Source: an uncultured Planctomycetia bacterium (GTDB lineage: Bacteria; Omnitrophota; Gorgyraeia; Gorgyraeales; Gorgyraeaceae). Taken from it: DNA of 57,124 nt. This document shows positions 15,568 to 27,445 of this stretch, piece by piece; the first letter of the stretch is position 1; the number at the start of each line of letters is the position of its first letter. The DNA lies in NCBI GenBank assembly GCA_964652265.1, contig CAZZAL010000005.1, positions 1 to 57,124 on the forward strand, in the 5' to 3' direction. The notes below the pieces were generated by a model. It was not told the DNA's origin, made no database searches, and was given only the letters and a program-made list of their open reading frames with translations. The translations under genes were made by a program, and so were the position numbers.

Positions 15568-16677
15568 TCCATCCAGATAAGCATTGTGATTTTTCTTTAT
15601 CTCGGAGATACTGTCTCCTCCGAACTTCTCCAATAAGGCGTTCGCTATCGTAATCGCGGCCATTGCTTCTCCGACCACACCTGCTGCAGGAACAGCGCAC
15701 ACATCGGAACGCTCCGTTGCTGCATTTACAGGGTCTTTTGTAGATATGTCTATTGTGTTCAGGCCTTTCATCAATGTGCTTATAGGCTTCATATAACCGC
15801 GTACTATTATGTTTTCCCCGTTTGAAACACCGCCTTCGATCCCGCCAGCATTATTAGTCTTTCTGTTAATGCCCTTTGACTTGCTATAAAATATCTCGTC
15901 GTGCACCTTGGAGCCAAGTTTTCCTGCAGACTCTATTGCTTCTCCTATCTCAACTGCCTTGATAGCCGGGATAGACATAATGCTGGATGCAAGCATTGCA
16001 TCCAGACGCCTGTCGCTCTGCACATAACTACCCAATCCCACAGGTACACCTTCTATGATCACCTCGAATATGCCACCGAGCGTATCCTTTTTCTCTTTGG
16101 CGCTATCTATTTCCTCTACCATGAGTTTTTCAGAAGCACGATCAGCACAATTTAATTTAGACTTGGCTACATTCTTAAGTATCTCCTCAAAGCCAAGACT
16201 TGATGTATGAGATTCGACCCCGCCTATCATAACCACATGGCTTAATATGCGAATCCGAATCTCCTGCAATAATATCTTACAGACCGCTCCTATCGCAACC
16301 CTCATTGCTGTCTCTCTGGCAGATGAGCGCTCAAGGACAGAGCGTGCATCTTTAAGGCCATATTTCAAAACACCTGCAAGGTCTGCATGGCCTGGTCGTA
16401 CATTTTTAACATCAGGGAGTTTATCTATAGAGAAATCCTTGTTTGCAATAAGGATCGATACAGGACTTCCAATAGTAATACCTTTCCTTAGTCCAGATAG
16501 AATCCGAGCATTATCGTCTTCTATCTTCATCCTCTCGCCTCTGCCATGACCCCCTTGACGCCTTTTAAGCTCTTTGTCCAGGAAGGCCTTGTCTATCTTT
16601 ACCCCACTGGGCATGCCCTCTAGTATGCCTAAAAGTGCCTCTCCGTGTGATTCACCAGCAGTCAAAAATCTCAACAT
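15553..16677 (-). CDS. aroC: chorismate synthase
   Basis: 374 aa with the N-terminus MLRFLTAGESHGEAL and other conserved AroC blocks. Confidence 0.92.
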   Translation of the reverse strand: MLRFLTAGESHGEALLGILEGMPSGVKIDKAFLDKELKRRQGGHGRGERMKIEDDNARILSGLRKGITIGSPVSILIANKDFSIDKLPDVKNVRPGHADLAGVLKYGLKDARSVLERSSARETAMRVAIGAVCKILLQEIRIRILSHVVMIGGVESHTSSLGFEEILKNVAKSKLNCADRASEKLMVEEIDSAKEKKDTLGGIFEVIIEGVPVGLGSYVQSDRRLDAMLASSIMSIPAIKAVEIGEAIESAGKLGSKVHDEIFYSKSKGINRKTNNAGGIEGGVSNGENIIVRGYMKPISTLMKGLNTIDISTKDPVNAATERSDVCAVPAAGVVGEAMAAITIANALLEKFGGDSISEIKKNHNAYLDGLKVK

Positions 16678-16687
16678 CTCGCACCTC

Positions 16688-17455
16688 CTACATAAATAAT
16701 AAACCTAGTATTTTATTTCCCCATATCATCACTACAAAGCCTGCAATGGAAATATAAGGCCCATAAGGAATTATATCATGTTTTTTTACAAATTTAATAT
16801 AAAGACCTGCTGGCGTGCCAAAAAAGGGCGCTAAGAAGAAAATAAGTATAGCTAACTTCCAGCCCAGGAATGCACCCAGCATAGCCATTAGTTTTACGTC
16901 TCCGCCTCCCATGGCTTCTTTTTTAAACGCGAGCTGGCCTAAAAATCCTGTCAAATATATAATGCCTCCTCCTGTCAATGCACCTATTACAGAATCCATA
17001 AGTCCATGTTTCCATGTCAATGCATTATGAAGGTCTAAAACAAAAACACTTAAAATAATCCCTAAAACCAGACCCCCTATGCTGATCCTATCAAGTATGA
17101 TCTGAAATTCCAGGTCGACAAACGTGACTACGATCAAACTAAACGTCACTAAGCTATATATCCAAAATCTGGCTGTAAAGCCAAAGTAAACAAACAAAAT
17201 CAAGAAAGTAACTGCACTGATTAATTCAACTGCAAAATATCTAAATGATATCTTTTTTTTACAAAACCTGCACTTACCCAATAGACAAATATAGCTTAAA
17301 AAAGGTATATTATCATACCATGGTATGGGTTCCTTGCACGCTACGCACCTAGAGCGCGGCGAGACAATAGACTCCTCCCGGGGCATCCTATAGATACACA
17401 CGTTCAGGAAACTTCCTATCACTGAACCTAAGATAAAAATTAGTAAATAAATCAT
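16688..17455 (-). CDS. pilD: prepilin peptidase (A24 family, PilD-like)
   Basis: 255 aa. N-terminal CxxC...CxxC (CVACKEPIPWYDNIPFLSY...CRFCKKKIS), a polytopic membrane region, and GGGDVKLMAMLGAFLGW. Confidence 0.88.
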   Translation of the reverse strand: MIYLLIFILGSVIGSFLNVCIYRMPREESIVSPRSRCVACKEPIPWYDNIPFLSYICLLGKCRFCKKKISFRYFAVELISAVTFLILFVYFGFTARFWIYSLVTFSLIVVTFVDLEFQIILDRISIGGLVLGIILSVFVLDLHNALTWKHGLMDSVIGALTGGGIIYLTGFLGQLAFKKEAMGGGDVKLMAMLGAFLGWKLAILIFFLAPFFGTPAGLYIKFVKKHDIIPYGPYISIAGFVVMIWGNKILGLLFM

Positions 17456-18267
17456 TTTAGGGCCTTCTTTAATGCTCCTCTCATTACATCTACAGGCGCC
17501 TTTTTGCCTGTCCAGAATTCAAATGCATGAGCGCCTTGATAAAGGAGCATGCCAAGTCCACCTACTGCATGCTGGTTTGCTGCTTTGACTAATTCCGTTT
17601 CTCTATTGTATACCACATCGTAGACAAATAAATCTCTGTGCAATAAACCCTTATCTATGGGAGAAGGATCTCCTTCTTTCATGCCTATAGGAGTAGCATT
17701 GACTAATAACTGGCATTTTTTTACAGTCTGAACTATCTCTTCTTTAGAGATCAATTGCAATCTTTCAAATTTTACACAGTCCTTTGCTCTAGCCTCGCTT
17801 TCGTCATATGCATATATCTTCTTACAAGTCTTATTCCCATGACTTAACCCGGCAATAACAGCCCTTCCTGCTCCACCACAACCAAACAAAAGTATATTTT
17901 TATCTGCATAGTCAAATTTCAAATCTTCTTCCAGCGACGTTAAAAACCCAAGTACGTCAGTATTTGTATATTGAAATTTATCACCTACTAGTTTTACTGT
18001 GTTTATTGCGCCACATAGATCAGCAAAATCAGAGCCTGAAACATTTGTCTTTTTATCCAAAATCTCTTTTGCCCTTACTTTATGAGGAACAGTTATGTTG
18101 AAACCCTTTATATCTTTCCTCTTAAGCAAAAAATCTTCCAATCCTTCTGGCTTTATCTCAAACTTCTCATACTTAGCGTCTATGCCCAAAGCCTTAAACG
18201 CTCTGTTGTGCATTGCAGGTGATAAACTATGTTTTATTGGCCATCCTATTATGCCGTATATATCCAT
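17452..18267 (-). CDS. aroE: shikimate dehydrogenase
   Basis: 271 aa with GIIGWPIKHSLSPAMHN, NITVPHK and GCGGAGRAV. Confidence 0.9.
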   Translation of the reverse strand: MDIYGIIGWPIKHSLSPAMHNRAFKALGIDAKYEKFEIKPEGLEDFLLKRKDIKGFNITVPHKVRAKEILDKKTNVSGSDFADLCGAINTVKLVGDKFQYTNTDVLGFLTSLEEDLKFDYADKNILLFGCGGAGRAVIAGLSHGNKTCKKIYAYDESEARAKDCVKFERLQLISKEEIVQTVKKCQLLVNATPIGMKEGDPSPIDKGLLHRDLFVYDVVYNRETELVKAANQHAVGGLGMLLYQGAHAFEFWTGKKAPVDVMRGALKKALK

Positions 18268-18290
18268 CCTAAACCTCTGATAAACATTAA

Positions 18291-18310
18291 GGCGGACACG
18301 CAGGTCCGCC
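18291..18310 (-). terminator. GC-rich hairpin between leuA and aroE (possible bidirectional terminator)
   Basis: GGCGGAC-ACGCAG-GTCCGCC. The clean T-run (CCTTTATTTTT) lies on the plus-strand side. The minus-strand side has only TTAATGTTTAT. Confidence 0.4.
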
Positions 18311-18356
18311 CCTTTATTTTTCGCGTATTGTTCCGCGTGTTTTCTGGTTTTACTGC

Positions 18357-19889
18357 CTACAGATCTAACTTGGCTTTCTTCTGTTTGGTAAAAAGGAGCT
18401 TATTTATAACATTGAGGTATGCCTTTGCGCTTGCCTCAACTATATCTGTAGAAGCTCCTCTTCCAGAGATCTCAGCGCCACTGATAGATCTAACCCTTAC
18501 TGAGACTTCTCCCAAGGCATCTCTTCCGCCCGTCGCTGCTTTTAAGGAATAATCCAGCAATTTGAACTTAAGGCCTGTTATCTTTTCAATAGCCTTATAA
18601 GAAGCATCCACAGGACCATCTCCTGAAGAAGACTGTTTTTTTACACTGCTACCTTTTTTAAGCTCTATAGTAGCATGTGGTTCAATATTCTTACCACTTT
18701 TGTATTCAAAACTAGTTATGCTATAGATCTCTGGCACAGATATAATCTCATCCTCTACTATCGTAAGGAGGTCCTCGTCAAATACCTCTTTTTTCTTATC
18801 AGCGAGATCCTTAAAACGCTGAAACGCCTTTATTAGATCTGCTTCCTCGAGTTCAATGCCCAGCTTTTTCAGTCTTTCCTTAAAGGCATGCTTTCCTGAA
18901 TGCTTGCCTAAGACAAGCTTGGTCCCGCCAAATCCTACGTCTTGAGGTTTCATGATCTCGTAGGTAGTCCTCTTTTTCAAAATACCGTCCTGATGAATAC
19001 CTGCCTCATGGCTGAATGCATTGCGGCCCACTATTGCCTTATTAGGCTGGACCACAATACCCGTGAGCTTGCTTACAAGACGGCTCGCCTTATAAAGCTC
19101 TTCTGTCTTTATAGAGGTGGAACACTTAAAGATATCTTCTCTTGTCTTCAAAGTCATAACTATCTCTTCCAATGAGGCATTGCCTGCGCGCTCCCCCAGG
19201 CCATTTATGGTACATTCTATCTGCTCTGCACCATTCTGGATAGCAGAAAGAGAATTGCTAACTCCCAAACCTAGGTCATTGTGACAGTGTACACTGATCT
19301 TCGCCTTATTAGAATTCGGCACCTTTGTCTTTATTGTCTTTATCAGATTGCCAAACTCGACTGGTGTCGCATAGCCTACAGTATCTGGTATATTAACCGT
19401 TTTTGCTCCTGCCTTTATGACTGCCTCGACCACACGGCACAGAAAATCCGTATCAGAACGAGAGGCATCCTCTGGAGAAAATTCAATATCTCCACAAAAA
19501 TTGCGTGCGTATTTTACAAAGTGCGCTGCCTGCTTTAATATCTCTTCTTCTGCCTTTTTCAGCTTATACTTCATGTGGATCTTTGAAGTCGCCAGAAACA
19601 CATGAATCCTGGATCTCTTTGCAGGCTTGATCGACTTTGCACATACGTCTATATCTTCCTTCTTGGCCCTCGCAAGTCCGCATATAGACGGCCCTGTGAT
19701 GAGAGAAGCGACTTCATGCACAGCATTAAAATCTCCCTTTGAAGCAATAGGAAAACCTGCCTCAATCACATCTACGCCAAGACGGGCAAGCTGCTTAGCG
19801 ATCTCTATCTTTGCCTTTATGTCCAGGCTCGCGCCAGGAGATTGTTCCCCGTCTCTTAAAGTTGTATCAAAAATGATTATTTTTTTCAT
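18357..19889 (-). CDS. leuA: 2-isopropylmalate synthase
   Basis: 510 aa with [22 protein letters not shown] and a C-terminal LeuA dimerisation/regulatory domain. Confidence 0.92.
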   Translation of the reverse strand: MKKIIIFDTTLRDGEQSPGASLDIKAKIEIAKQLARLGVDVIEAGFPIASKGDFNAVHEVASLITGPSICGLARAKKEDIDVCAKSIKPAKRSRIHVFLATSKIHMKYKLKKAEEEILKQAAHFVKYARNFCGDIEFSPEDASRSDTDFLCRVVEAVIKAGAKTVNIPDTVGYATPVEFGNLIKTIKTKVPNSNKAKISVHCHNDLGLGVSNSLSAIQNGAEQIECTINGLGERAGNASLEEIVMTLKTREDIFKCSTSIKTEELYKASRLVSKLTGIVVQPNKAIVGRNAFSHEAGIHQDGILKKRTTYEIMKPQDVGFGGTKLVLGKHSGKHAFKERLKKLGIELEEADLIKAFQRFKDLADKKKEVFDEDLLTIVEDEIISVPEIYSITSFEYKSGKNIEPHATIELKKGSSVKKQSSSGDGPVDASYKAIEKITGLKFKLLDYSLKAATGGRDALGEVSVRVRSISGAEISGRGASTDIVEASAKAYLNVINKLLFTKQKKAKLDL

Positions 19890-20875
19890 TTAATCCAATC
19901 CATCATGCTGCGGAGTTTCTGTCCGATGACTTCCACAGGATGGGTGTCGTCTGCCTTTCTCAATTTATTGAATTCAGGCCTGCCATTTTCGTTTTCCCTG
20001 ATCCATTCCCTGGCAAATTTTCCTGACTGGACTTCCTTTAGTATCTTTTTCATTTCCTTGCGCGTTCTCTGGGTTATGACCCTTTTCCCTCTTGTAACAT
20101 CACCATACTCTGCTGTATCAGAAACCCTTTTTCTCATCCCCTGAATGCCAGTTCTATAAATCAGGTCTGTTATGAGCTTTAACTCATGTAGGCATTCAAA
20201 ATACGCTATCTCCGGCTGATAACCAGCCTCTATCAAAGTCTCAAACCCCGCCTTGATAAGCTCAGTGGCACCACCACACAAGACAACTTGCTCGCCAAAA
20301 AGGTCTGTCTCTGTCTCTTCCTTGAATGTGGTCTCAATAACGCCTGCCCTTGTCCCGCCTATGCCCTTTGCATAAGCAAGGCCTAGTTTAAGGGCTTCGC
20401 CTGTTGCATCCTGAAACACAGCCACGAGGCATGGAACGCCTTTTCCCTCTTCATACATCTGTCTTACCAGTGCACCTGGACCCTTGGGTGCCACCATAAA
20501 CACATCCACCTTTTTAGGCGGCTTGATCTGTTTAAAATGTATATTAAACCCGTGGGAAAATACAAGGGCCTTTCCTTTTTTAAGATTTGGCCTTATTGCC
20601 TCTTTATAAACCTTTGCCTGTACATGGTCCTGCGTGAGTATCTGGATAATATCAGCTTCTTTGGCTGCTTCGACTGCTGAAGCAGGCTTAAAACCATCTG
20701 CTTCTGCGGTTTTATAATTATCAGTACCCTCTAATTCACTTACAATCACGTCGAGACCGCTATCTCGCAGATTCAATGCCTGGCCGCGGCCCTGTATACC
20801 ATAACCGATAATCGCTATTTTTTTTCCTTTTAAAACATCTAAATCAGCGTCTTTGTCATAGTAAATCTTTGCCAT
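19886..20875 (-). CDS. ilvC: ketol-acid reductoisomerase
   Basis: 329 aa with [21 protein letters not shown] and the short class I form. Confidence 0.92.
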   Translation of the reverse strand: MAKIYYDKDADLDVLKGKKIAIIGYGIQGRGQALNLRDSGLDVIVSELEGTDNYKTAEADGFKPASAVEAAKEADIIQILTQDHVQAKVYKEAIRPNLKKGKALVFSHGFNIHFKQIKPPKKVDVFMVAPKGPGALVRQMYEEGKGVPCLVAVFQDATGEALKLGLAYAKGIGGTRAGVIETTFKEETETDLFGEQVVLCGGATELIKAGFETLIEAGYQPEIAYFECLHELKLITDLIYRTGIQGMRKRVSDTAEYGDVTRGKRVITQRTRKEMKKILKEVQSGKFAREWIRENENGRPEFNKLRKADDTHPVEVIGQKLRSMMDWIK

Positions 20876-20879
20876 AATA

Positions 20880-21353
20880 CTATTTCCTCCCCATTGCGAT
20901 ACGCCCGGTCCTCGTCATTTCAGTGATCCCGAACGGTTTCATGATCTCAATAAAAGATCTGATCTTGTTTCTATCTCCTGTAACCTCGATAACAACTGTC
21001 TCTTTCTTTACATCATCTATCTTTGCCTGGAACGTATCTGCTATCTGCAGTATCTCAGAGCGATTCTTATTGTCTATCTTTACCTTGATAAGGACTATTT
21101 CCCTGTCTATGAAATCTTCATCCGTAAGATCAATGACCTTTATAACGTCTATGAGTCTATTTAGTTGCTTCTTGACCTGTTCCAAGGTCTTTTCATCACC
21201 CTCAGCAACAATAGTCATCCTGGAAACAGTAGGATCTTCTGTTTCTCCCACTGTCAGGCTATCGATATTGAATCCTCGGGCGCTAAATAGGCTCGAGACA
21301 TGCGCTAGGACACCGAAATGATTCTCTACAAGTACTGCGATTATCTTTTTCAT
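20880..21353 (-). CDS. ilvN: acetolactate synthase small (regulatory) subunit
   Basis: 157 aa with the ACT domain [33 protein letters not shown]. Confidence 0.9.
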   Translation of the reverse strand: MKKIIAVLVENHFGVLAHVSSLFSARGFNIDSLTVGETEDPTVSRMTIVAEGDEKTLEQVKKQLNRLIDVIKVIDLTDEDFIDREIVLIKVKIDNKNRSEILQIADTFQAKIDDVKKETVVIEVTGDRNKIRSFIEIMKPFGITEMTRTGRIAMGRK

Positions 21354-21354
21354 A

Positions 21355-23025
21355 TTACGCCAATGCCCCTATCATCTTATTGATAGCCTGACCTGCCGGG
21401 ACCATAGGAAAAACGTTCTCCTCTGGTTCAACTCGAAAATCCATCAAGACAGGCTTTTTTATCTCTATCGCCTTTTTTATCGCCTTTTTTACCTCTGACT
21501 TTTTAGTGACCCTTATACCTACCGCACCGTATGCCTCTGCAAGTTTTACAAAATCTGGGCAGCACTCTAACTTTGTATGAGAATATCTCCTCTTGTAGAA
21601 AAGCTCCTGCCACTGCCTGACCATGCCCAGATAACCATTGTTCAAGATCGCTACCTTGACAGGTAATTTATTCGCTACTGCTGTAGTAAGCTCCTGTATA
21701 TTCATCTGGATGCTTCCATCTCCTGCAATATCAAAGATAGTCTTTTTTGGACAGCCCATCTGGGCGCCTATTGCAGCTGGAAAACCATAACCCATTGTGC
21801 CTAGTCCGCCGCTGGATATAAACTGTCTAGGCGTATCGTACTTATAAAACTGCGCAGCCCACATCTGGTTCTGTCCGACCTCAGTCGTAATAATCGCTTT
21901 GCCTTTTGTGGCATTATAGATCTCCTCTATGACATACTGAGGCCTGAGCCTGGAATCGTTCTTGTAGGCAAGAGGGAATTTTCTCTTCCATGCATTGATC
22001 TTTTTATGCCATTCTGAAATAGAAGGCTTTTTTGTCTCTTTTATCAGATCCTCCAAGATACAATTCGCATCTCCCACGATCGGAACATCCACCTTCACGT
22101 TTTTACTTATAGCGCACGGATCTACATCAATATGTATTATCTTTGCATGTGGTGCAAACTCGTCTATCTTGCCAGTGACCCTGTCGTCAAACCTCGCGCC
22201 TACGGCTATGATAAGATCAGACTCCTGTACAGCATGATTTGCATATGCAGTGCCATGCATGCCCAGCATACCCAGAGAAAGTTTATGCGTCCCTGGAAAT
22301 GCACCAAGGCCCATAAGCGTCATTGTAACAGGTATCTCTGTCTTCTTTGTAAATTCCAAAAGCCTGGAATGAGCCCCTGAAAGGATCACGCCTCCTCCTA
22401 CATAAAGAATAGGCTTTTTACTTTTTGTAATCAGTTTGGCAGCACGCTTTATCTGGCCGATATGACCTTTACATGTAGGCTTATAACCCCTTATATCCGG
22501 ATTTTCAGGATAATGAAAATCTGTCTCCTGTATCTGTATATCAACAGGTACGTCCACCACGACCACGCCAGGTCTACCAGTAGAAGCTATGTGAAACGCG
22601 TTCTTTATAACTTTAGCCAGGTTATTGACATCCTTTACAAGATAGTTATGTTTTGAAATAGGCCGAGTGATACCACTAACATCCACTTCCTGGAACGCAT
22701 CATTGCCTATTAATGAAGTCCTGACCTGTCCTGTAAAAGCAACCACAGGTATAGAATCCATATTAGCTGTTGCAAGGCCTGTAACAAGATTTGTTGCACC
22801 AGGCCCGGAAGTGGCAAGACACACGCCCACCCTTCCTGTTGCACGGGCATAGCCGTCTGCTGCATGAGCAGCGCCCTGCTCATGTCTGGTCAATATAAAT
22901 TTTATATCGCTGTCATACAAAGCATCAAAAATAGGCAGTACGACTCCTCCGGGGTAACCAAACATCACCTCGACACCCTGTTTTTTAAGCGACTCTGTAA
23001 ATATCTTTGCCCCTGTCATTTTCAT
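21355..23025 (-). CDS. ilvB: acetolactate synthase large subunit (ThDP-dependent)
   Basis: 556 aa with [22 protein letters not shown] and the ThDP motif [14 protein letters not shown]...[12 protein letters not shown]. Confidence 0.92.
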   Translation of the reverse strand: MKMTGAKIFTESLKKQGVEVMFGYPGGVVLPIFDALYDSDIKFILTRHEQGAAHAADGYARATGRVGVCLATSGPGATNLVTGLATANMDSIPVVAFTGQVRTSLIGNDAFQEVDVSGITRPISKHNYLVKDVNNLAKVIKNAFHIASTGRPGVVVVDVPVDIQIQETDFHYPENPDIRGYKPTCKGHIGQIKRAAKLITKSKKPILYVGGGVILSGAHSRLLEFTKKTEIPVTMTLMGLGAFPGTHKLSLGMLGMHGTAYANHAVQESDLIIAVGARFDDRVTGKIDEFAPHAKIIHIDVDPCAISKNVKVDVPIVGDANCILEDLIKETKKPSISEWHKKINAWKRKFPLAYKNDSRLRPQYVIEEIYNATKGKAIITTEVGQNQMWAAQFYKYDTPRQFISSGGLGTMGYGFPAAIGAQMGCPKKTIFDIAGDGSIQMNIQELTTAVANKLPVKVAILNNGYLGMVRQWQELFYKRRYSHTKLECCPDFVKLAEAYGAVGIRVTKKSEVKKAIKKAIEIKKPVLMDFRVEPEENVFPMVPAGQAINKMIGALA

Positions 23026-23051
23026 TTTATATTGTCCTCTTGATATTCAGC

Positions 23052-24707
23052 TTACGAATCTAGTACCGCGCCTTTGCTCGCAGAAGAAACAAGCTTGGCG
23101 TATCTGGAAAGCCAGCCTGTCTTGACCTTTGGAGTAGGCTTTTTCCATTTCTTAAGACGTCTTTTTATCTCAGCCTTTGTTAAATCCAGATCCAGACGCC
23201 TCTTCTTTATGTCTATCTTGATCTTATCTCCGTTTTTGATAATAGCAATAGGTCCGCCTTTAAAGGCCTCGGGCGCAATATGTCCTATGCAAGGTCCTCT
23301 TGTCCCTCCTGAAAACCTGCCGTCTGTAATAAGTGCAACATCATTAGATAGACCCATCCCCACGATAGCTGATGTAGGGGAAAGCATCTCGCGCATGCCA
23401 GGACCGCCACTCGGGCCTTCATAGCGTATAACTAAACAATCACCCTTTTTCACTTTACCTTTTAAGATTGCAGCCATTGCTCCTTCTTCAGAATCAAAAA
23501 CCTTTGCCTTGCCTGTAAAGACCATTGCCTCTTCATCCACTGCACCCTGTTTCACTACTGATCCTTCAGGCGCAATGTTACCCTTTAATATCGCAATGCC
23601 GCCTTCGTCTTTATATGGATCATCCAGAGGCCTTATGATATCCTCGTCGTAGATCACTGAAGAGGAAGCGATCTCCTTGATAGTCGCTCCGCTCACCGTA
23701 GGGTTATCACTCAACTTCGAGCATAACCTTTTCAAAACAGCCGGCATGCCTCCAGCGATCTCTAGATCCTCAAGGAAATATTCACCACTTGGCCTTAAGT
23801 CGCAGATCTTTGGGGTCTTGCGGCTGATCTTATCAAAACTATCCAGAGATAGACTCACGCCAGCTTCTTTTGCAATCGCTGTAAGATGCAAAACTGTATT
23901 TGTAGAGCCTCCCAGTGCCATATCTGTCATAACGGCATTCGACAACGCCTTTTTATTCATGATCTTTTTTGGCGTTATATTTTTCTTGATAAGCTCGACT
24001 ATGCGCTCTCCGCTTTGAAAAGCAATCCTGGTCTTTTTACTTGAAACAGCCAGTGAGGTCGCACAACCAATAAGCGACATACCCATTGCCTCAGTAAGAC
24101 AACTCATTGTATTGGCAGTAAAAAGACCCTGGCATGAACCTGGGCCAGGACATGCGTTTATCTCTAACTCATCAAGCTCGCACTTGGAGATCTCGCCTTT
24201 TTTATAGCTGCCAACTGCCTCAAATGCATCATGCACAAGATCCAGCCTCCTGCCTTTATAATAACCCGTAAGCATAGGACCTGCTGTAACTATAATAGCT
24301 GGGATATTGACCCTTGCGCATGCCATAAGCATACCAGGTGTGATCTTATCGCAATTTGTCAGAAGCACTAATCCATCCAGACTATACGCGCCTGCCATTG
24401 TCTCGATCTCATCTGCAATAAGCTCTCTTGAGGCAAGAGAATACCTCATGCCATAATGTCCCATTGCAATACCATCGCAGATAGCTGGGACCCCAAAGAT
24501 AAACGGTTTTCCTCCGCCTGCATAGACTCCGTTCTCAATGGCCCGCTCCAGGCCCTTCATATGAATATGGCCTGGCACAAGATCAGTAAAGCTGGAGGCA
24601 ATACCGATAAAAGGCTTTTGCATATCTTTGGCGCACGCGCCTGTCGCGTATAAAAGCGCCCTGTTACCGACTCTGGAGATACCTTTTTTAATAATATCAC
24701 TTTTCAT
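23052..24707 (-). CDS. ilvD: dihydroxy-acid dehydratase
   Basis: 551 aa with [23 protein letters not shown] and other IlvD/Edd blocks. Confidence 0.92.
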   Translation of the reverse strand: MKSDIIKKGISRVGNRALLYATGACAKDMQKPFIGIASSFTDLVPGHIHMKGLERAIENGVYAGGGKPFIFGVPAICDGIAMGHYGMRYSLASRELIADEIETMAGAYSLDGLVLLTNCDKITPGMLMACARVNIPAIIVTAGPMLTGYYKGRRLDLVHDAFEAVGSYKKGEISKCELDELEINACPGPGSCQGLFTANTMSCLTEAMGMSLIGCATSLAVSSKKTRIAFQSGERIVELIKKNITPKKIMNKKALSNAVMTDMALGGSTNTVLHLTAIAKEAGVSLSLDSFDKISRKTPKICDLRPSGEYFLEDLEIAGGMPAVLKRLCSKLSDNPTVSGATIKEIASSSVIYDEDIIRPLDDPYKDEGGIAILKGNIAPEGSVVKQGAVDEEAMVFTGKAKVFDSEEGAMAAILKGKVKKGDCLVIRYEGPSGGPGMREMLSPTSAIVGMGLSNDVALITDGRFSGGTRGPCIGHIAPEAFKGGPIAIIKNGDKIKIDIKKRRLDLDLTKAEIKRRLKKWKKPTPKVKTGWLSRYAKLVSSASKGAVLDS

Positions 24708-24724
24708 GATTTTACTCCGTGTTT

Positions 24725-25690
24725 TTAATACATCTTTATCTTCGCATTTTCCTTAAGACTATCTACGAGCTCCTTGAGTGCTGCGTCTCTCCTCTGACCT
24801 ATCAGAAATCTTGACATGTCAGGTTCAACCTCTTCATAATTCAATTGACGCGCATCCTGTTTATCTAAAACCTTTATTATGTGGTAGCCAAACTGTGTCT
24901 CTACCACGTCGCTTATCTTTCCTGTATCCAGACTAAATGCTGCTGCCTCAAACGGAGGCACCATCATGCCCCTTCTAAAATAACCTAAGTCGCCTCCTTG
25001 AGGCGCTGAGCCATCTTCTGAATTCTCCTTGGCTAATTCTGCAAAATCTTCCCCAGAGACAGCCCTTTTTCTTAGATCATCTATCTTTGTCCTTGCACTA
25101 GCTTTATCTTCATCGCCAGCAGCCTCCTCGAAACGGATCAATATATGACTCGCCTTTACCTGTTCAGGAAGGTTAAGCCTCTCTTTATTCTTCTCGTACT
25201 CTGCCTTTCTCTCCTGGTCGCTTATCACTACACTGCTGTAGACGTCTTTCTCTAAAAATGCATCTATATACACGCCCTTCTTTATGTCCTCTTTAAGGTC
25301 CTTCTCAGATATACCTCTATCCTTAAGGAGATTTTTAAACTCATCCTCTGAGGCAAAACCTTTTTTGATTTCCTCGAGACGCTCTTTAATCTTCTCTTTT
25401 AGATCTCCCAGCTTGGCCTTTTTACTCTCCTGATACAATAACTCAGCAGAGATCAGCTGTTCCAGTATGCCTTCTCGCAGTTTTACTTTTTCTTCTTCCT
25501 TGACTTCTATTCCGGAAACCTTCTGATTTTCAATGAAATTACTGACTGCTGCATCCAATGTCTTGGCCTTTATGCCTACACCATTGACCTTTGCTGCAAA
25601 TTTTGAAGAAGCAGCACTACCGGATATAGCGCAACCGATTACTAATAATGCGATTACAACACTGAAAATAGCCCATTTCCTCAAAGTCAT
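24725..25690 (-). CDS. secreted parvulin-type peptidyl-prolyl isomerase (SurA/PrsA-like)
   Basis: 321 aa. Signal/anchor [21 protein letters not shown], an N-terminal chaperone-like region, and the PpiC domain ASHILIRF...[21 protein letters not shown]. Confidence 0.8.
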   Translation of the reverse strand: MTLRKWAIFSVVIALLVIGCAISGSAASSKFAAKVNGVGIKAKTLDAAVSNFIENQKVSGIEVKEEEKVKLREGILEQLISAELLYQESKKAKLGDLKEKIKERLEEIKKGFASEDEFKNLLKDRGISEKDLKEDIKKGVYIDAFLEKDVYSSVVISDQERKAEYEKNKERLNLPEQVKASHILIRFEEAAGDEDKASARTKIDDLRKRAVSGEDFAELAKENSEDGSAPQGGDLGYFRRGMMVPPFEAAAFSLDTGKISDVVETQFGYHIIKVLDKQDARQLNYEEVEPDMSRFLIGQRRDAALKELVDSLKENAKIKMY

Positions 25691-25793
25691 ACAACCCCCT
25701 TTGTTTTTGGCCGAGTGATACCAGCCATATTAGTGAATATATAGTATGCCACCTAAAGCTAAAAAATACAATATAATTCTAAAGATACTGGAC

Positions 25794-26267
25794 TTATCTG
25801 GAAATACGCGTAATCTTATACTTCAATATCCCTGCAGGGACTTTTATATTTACAATCTCGCCTTTCTTCTTGCCCAGAAGGGCCTTACCCACAGGGGAGG
25901 AGAGCGAGATCTTGCCTTGTTCAAAATCCGCTTCATCCTCTGCCACTAGCATATAGACTATCTCTTCTTTAGAATCTATGTCTAGTAATGTCACCTTTGC
26001 TCCTACATAGGCCTTATCCTTTGGGATGTCCTCGTTCTCCAGTATCCTTGCCCGGATCAGTTTATGCTCAAGTTCGTAAATCCTTTTTTCGTTTATGTCC
26101 TGTGACTGCTTTGCTGCATCATATTCTGCGTTTTCGCTTAAGTCTCCCAAGAGCCTTGCCTTTTCAAGGGCATCTGCTATCTCCCTCCGCTTGGCACCTC
26201 TAAGGGCCTTTAGCTCTTTTCTTAATTTTTCATAACCCTGTCTAGTCAAAAAGATATTATCCGGCAT
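25794..26267 (-). CDS. greA: transcription elongation factor GreA
   Basis: 157 aa. Coiled-coil N-terminal domain (LTRQGYEKLRKELKAL...DLSENAEYDAAK) plus a C-terminal FKBP-like domain. Confidence 0.9.
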   Translation of the reverse strand: MPDNIFLTRQGYEKLRKELKALRGAKRREIADALEKARLLGDLSENAEYDAAKQSQDINEKRIYELEHKLIRARILENEDIPKDKAYVGAKVTLLDIDSKEEIVYMLVAEDEADFEQGKISLSSPVGKALLGKKKGEIVNIKVPAGILKYKITRISR

Positions 26268-26281
26268 AAAAATCCTCTCTT

Positions 26282-27400
26282 TTACTTTTTGTAAACACGC
26301 GGAACACGGCGGCCTATGTTACAAACCACCTCATATGGTATTGTCTCCATGATCCCAGCCAGCTCTTCTGCTCGTATCCTTTGTTTTCCCTGCGGCCCTA
26401 TCAAGACTACCTCATCTCCTGGCCTCACACCTTTTATATGACCTACGTCTACCATGCTCATGTCCATGCATACCCTGCCCACTATCGGTGCACGCCTGCC
26501 CCTGATTAAAACACTAGCACGATTTGATAAATGCCTTGAGTACCCGTCTCCATACCCAACAGGTATTGTTGCAATCCTTGTATTCCTTTTCGCAATATAA
26601 GCCCTTCCGTAACTTATGCTCCTCCCCTTTGATACTGACTTTACATGTACGACTTTTGTTTTTAATTTTAAAACAGGCCTCAGACCTAATTTCTTCACCA
26701 GGTCCTTGCGCGGATGAAGTCCATACATGATAAGCCCGGGTCTGACTATATTCATGCGAGCATCTTTAAAACCTACAAGCGCCATGCTGTTCGAGGTATG
26801 TCTTATTGGTATACTAATATTGTGACTGCCTAGGTCATCTATAAGAGAATTAAAATCCCTGATCTGTTTTTTTGTAAAAGGTGGGTCATCCTCAGCGCTC
26901 GGAAAATGTGTGAATATTCCCTCTATAATAATGTTTTTTAGCGTAGCTATCTCCCTTAAGAAACCAATCGCTTCCTCGTGCCAGAAACCGATCCTTCCCA
27001 TGCCTGTATCGATCTTTATATGCACCTTTATATTCTTTTTTCTTCTCTGGCCTAATCTCGAAAGAGCGCGCGCTACATTCAAACATGAAACAGTCTGCGT
27101 TACGTCAAACTTTAGCACCCCACTTGCTTCCTCAGGCAATATCGACCCAAGGACAATAATCTTACTTTTTATCCCTGCTGTGCGTAACTGCCGCGCCTCA
27201 TCCAGGGAGGCAACCCCCAGATAATCCACGCCTTCTTTAAGTATCGCTCTGGAAACCTCTTCCATGCCATGGCCATAACCATCTGCCTTTACAACCCCAA
27301 GTATCTTTGTATCTTTTCCGGCCATCTCTTTGATCTTTCGCAGATTATGGCGTATTGCCCTTAAATCTATCTCTGCAAACGTCGGCCTGTAAAACCTCAT
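26282..27400 (-). CDS. alr: alanine racemase
   Basis: 372 aa with the PLP-lysine motif VVKADGYGHG and the C-terminal beta domain GYGDGY. Confidence 0.9.
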   Translation of the reverse strand: MRFYRPTFAEIDLRAIRHNLRKIKEMAGKDTKILGVVKADGYGHGMEEVSRAILKEGVDYLGVASLDEARQLRTAGIKSKIIVLGSILPEEASGVLKFDVTQTVSCLNVARALSRLGQRRKKNIKVHIKIDTGMGRIGFWHEEAIGFLREIATLKNIIIEGIFTHFPSAEDDPPFTKKQIRDFNSLIDDLGSHNISIPIRHTSNSMALVGFKDARMNIVRPGLIMYGLHPRKDLVKKLGLRPVLKLKTKVVHVKSVSKGRSISYGRAYIAKRNTRIATIPVGYGDGYSRHLSNRASVLIRGRRAPIVGRVCMDMSMVDVGHIKGVRPGDEVVLIGPQGKQRIRAEELAGIMETIPYEVVCNIGRRVPRVYKK

Positions 27401-27445
27401 AATCCCTCTGCCCCTATAAACTGTCCAAGGCCTGGCCTCGGAGAA

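Noticed and set aside
16688-17455. The prepilin peptidase embedded between aroC and aroE, considered as a possible sign of a horizontally inserted gene.
   Set aside because: There are no flanking repeats and no compositional break visible by eye. It overlaps aroE by 4 nt, which indicates translational coupling. Linkage of pilus genes with aro genes is a known recurrent synteny (for example pilQ-aroK-aroB in proteobacteria).
27401-27445. The GGCC-rich near-palindrome CCAAGGCCTGGCCTCGG between tsaB and alr, considered as a possible terminator.
   Set aside because: The arms do not pair cleanly (CCAAGG/CCTGG plus GGCC cores). There is no U-run, and the alr start follows directly. It is most likely incidental.
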